Source: a bacterium
GTDB taxonomy: Bacteria; UBA8248
Reading direction: 5' to 3'
Length of the DNA: 64,000 nt
Assembly (NCBI GenBank): GCA_965200245.1
Contig: CBDATS010000004.1
Coordinates: forward strand, 1,056,001-1,120,000
Under the pieces are notes generated by a model, which saw nothing but the letters and a program-made list of their open reading frames with translations, was not told the origin of the DNA and searched no databases. Shown piece after piece: positions 63,166-64,000 of the stretch; the first letter of the stretch is position 1; the number at the start of each line of letters is the position of its first letter. Position numbers and translations under genes: made by a program.

Positions 63166-64000
63166 ATGCAAATGAAGGCAGCGGTTTATCACGGACCGCG
63201 GGACATTCGCATGGAACAGGTGGAGCGGCCGGCCATCAGCCAAAACGACGTATTGGTGCGGGTGCGGGCGTGCGGCATCTGTGGTTCCGATCTGCACATG
63301 TACCGCCTCGGCATGTTCGAGGTGCTGGGGCGCCCGATTGACGACAGGCGCCGCATTCCGGGTCACGAGATGAGCGGTGAGGTTGTCGAGGTGGGAGAGA
63401 AAGTCGCCGGCTTTCGGGTCGGTGATCGCATCACCGGGTTGGGATACGGCGGCTTCGCGGAATACGCGCCGGTCCGTGTTACCGGAAGCAGCCCGCACAT
63501 CCTGCCGGAGTCCATCAGCTTCGAGGATGGTGCGACACTCGAGCCACTGGCCACATCCCTGCACGGCGTATCATTGGGAAAGCCAACTGCCGGCGAGACG
63601 GTGGTCGTACTGGGTGCAGGCATTATCGGCCTCGGCTGCATCCAGGCCATTGAGGCGACCGTCGACTGCCACATCATTGCCGTGGACTCTTCCGAACGTC
63701 GTTTGCACATGGCCAGGCGTCTCGGCGCTGACGATATCGTCAACCTGACCGAAACCGACCCTGTGGAAGCCGTGATTGAACTTACCGGCGGCGCCAGGCC
63801 TGTGCAGCGTTTCGGCGTTCGTGGCGGAAACGCCGACCTGGTGATCGACTGCGCCGGCGCAGCTTCTTCTCCAGATCAGGGCCTGCGCATGCTGAAGCAG
63901 CAATACGGCCGTTTGGTGTTCATCGCCCTGTTCGAGCACGCCGCGGATATCGATTTCAACCAGGTGGTGCGCAAACACGTCGTCATCCATGGATCCTGGA
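63166..64000 (+). CDS. Zinc-binding alcohol dehydrogenase (MDR family), runs off the window end
   Basis: MKAAVYHGPRDIR, CGICGSDLH, GHE, EPLA, GAGIIG. Confidence 0.92.
   Translation, partial: MQMKAAVYHGPRDIRMEQVERPAISQNDVLVRVRACGICGSDLHMYRLGMFEVLGRPIDDRRRIPGHEMSGEVVEVGEKVAGFRVGDRITGLGYGGFAEYAPVRVTGSSPHILPESISFEDGATLEPLATSLHGVSLGKPTAGETVVVLGAGIIGLGCIQAIEATVDCHIIAVDSSERRLHMARRLGADDIVNLTETDPVEAVIELTGGARPVQRFGVRGGNADLVIDCAGAASSPDQGLRMLKQQYGRLVFIALFEHAADIDFNQVVRKHVVIHGSW

Noticed and set aside
1-64000. CRISPR array, cas genes, rRNA, prophage structural genes
   Set aside because: No regularly spaced repeat-spacer array or recognisable motifs seen

Overview
GC-rich bacterial chromosome segment. The many transporters and a secreted ankyrin protein suggest a host-associated marine lineage, but this is inference only. 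Core content: two tRNA-Ser genes (GCT at 1105-1196, TGA at 13045-13130), three ABC importers, a TctABC transporter, a regulator-speD-pdaD-speE-speB polyamine operon, glutaredoxin, an HpaB-like flavoprotein, citrate synthase, a HAD hydrolase, an amidase, a multicopper oxidase and a Zn-dependent dehydrogenase. Accessory DNA: (i) an island edge at tRNA-Ser(GCT). (ii) A ~5.2 kb integrase-less islet bounded by a duplicated tRNA-Ser(TGA) 3' end, carrying a sugar ABC system. (iii) A ~21 kb decaying defence island (about 22.0-43.0 kb) with an SNF2-DUF4391-type III R-M locus, a Sir2-HerA cassette between two res fragments, three TA loci with broken toxins, and type ISP, Mrr, IrrE, YhaN and integrase remnants; a few AT-rich unknown genes in it remain intact. 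(iv) An IS-scarred region at 59-63 kb. Strongest second-look signals: an unannotated AhpD/CMD-family selenoprotein (CKYU motif, in-frame UGA at 51481, SECIS-like hairpin) in a TctABC/cupin/alpha-beta-barrel cluster of unknown function, and an intact, translationally coupled nuclease-like + TPR-like gene pair (23814-25500) that is a candidate uncharacterised defence or TA system. All family calls come from motif recognition by eye, not from database searches.
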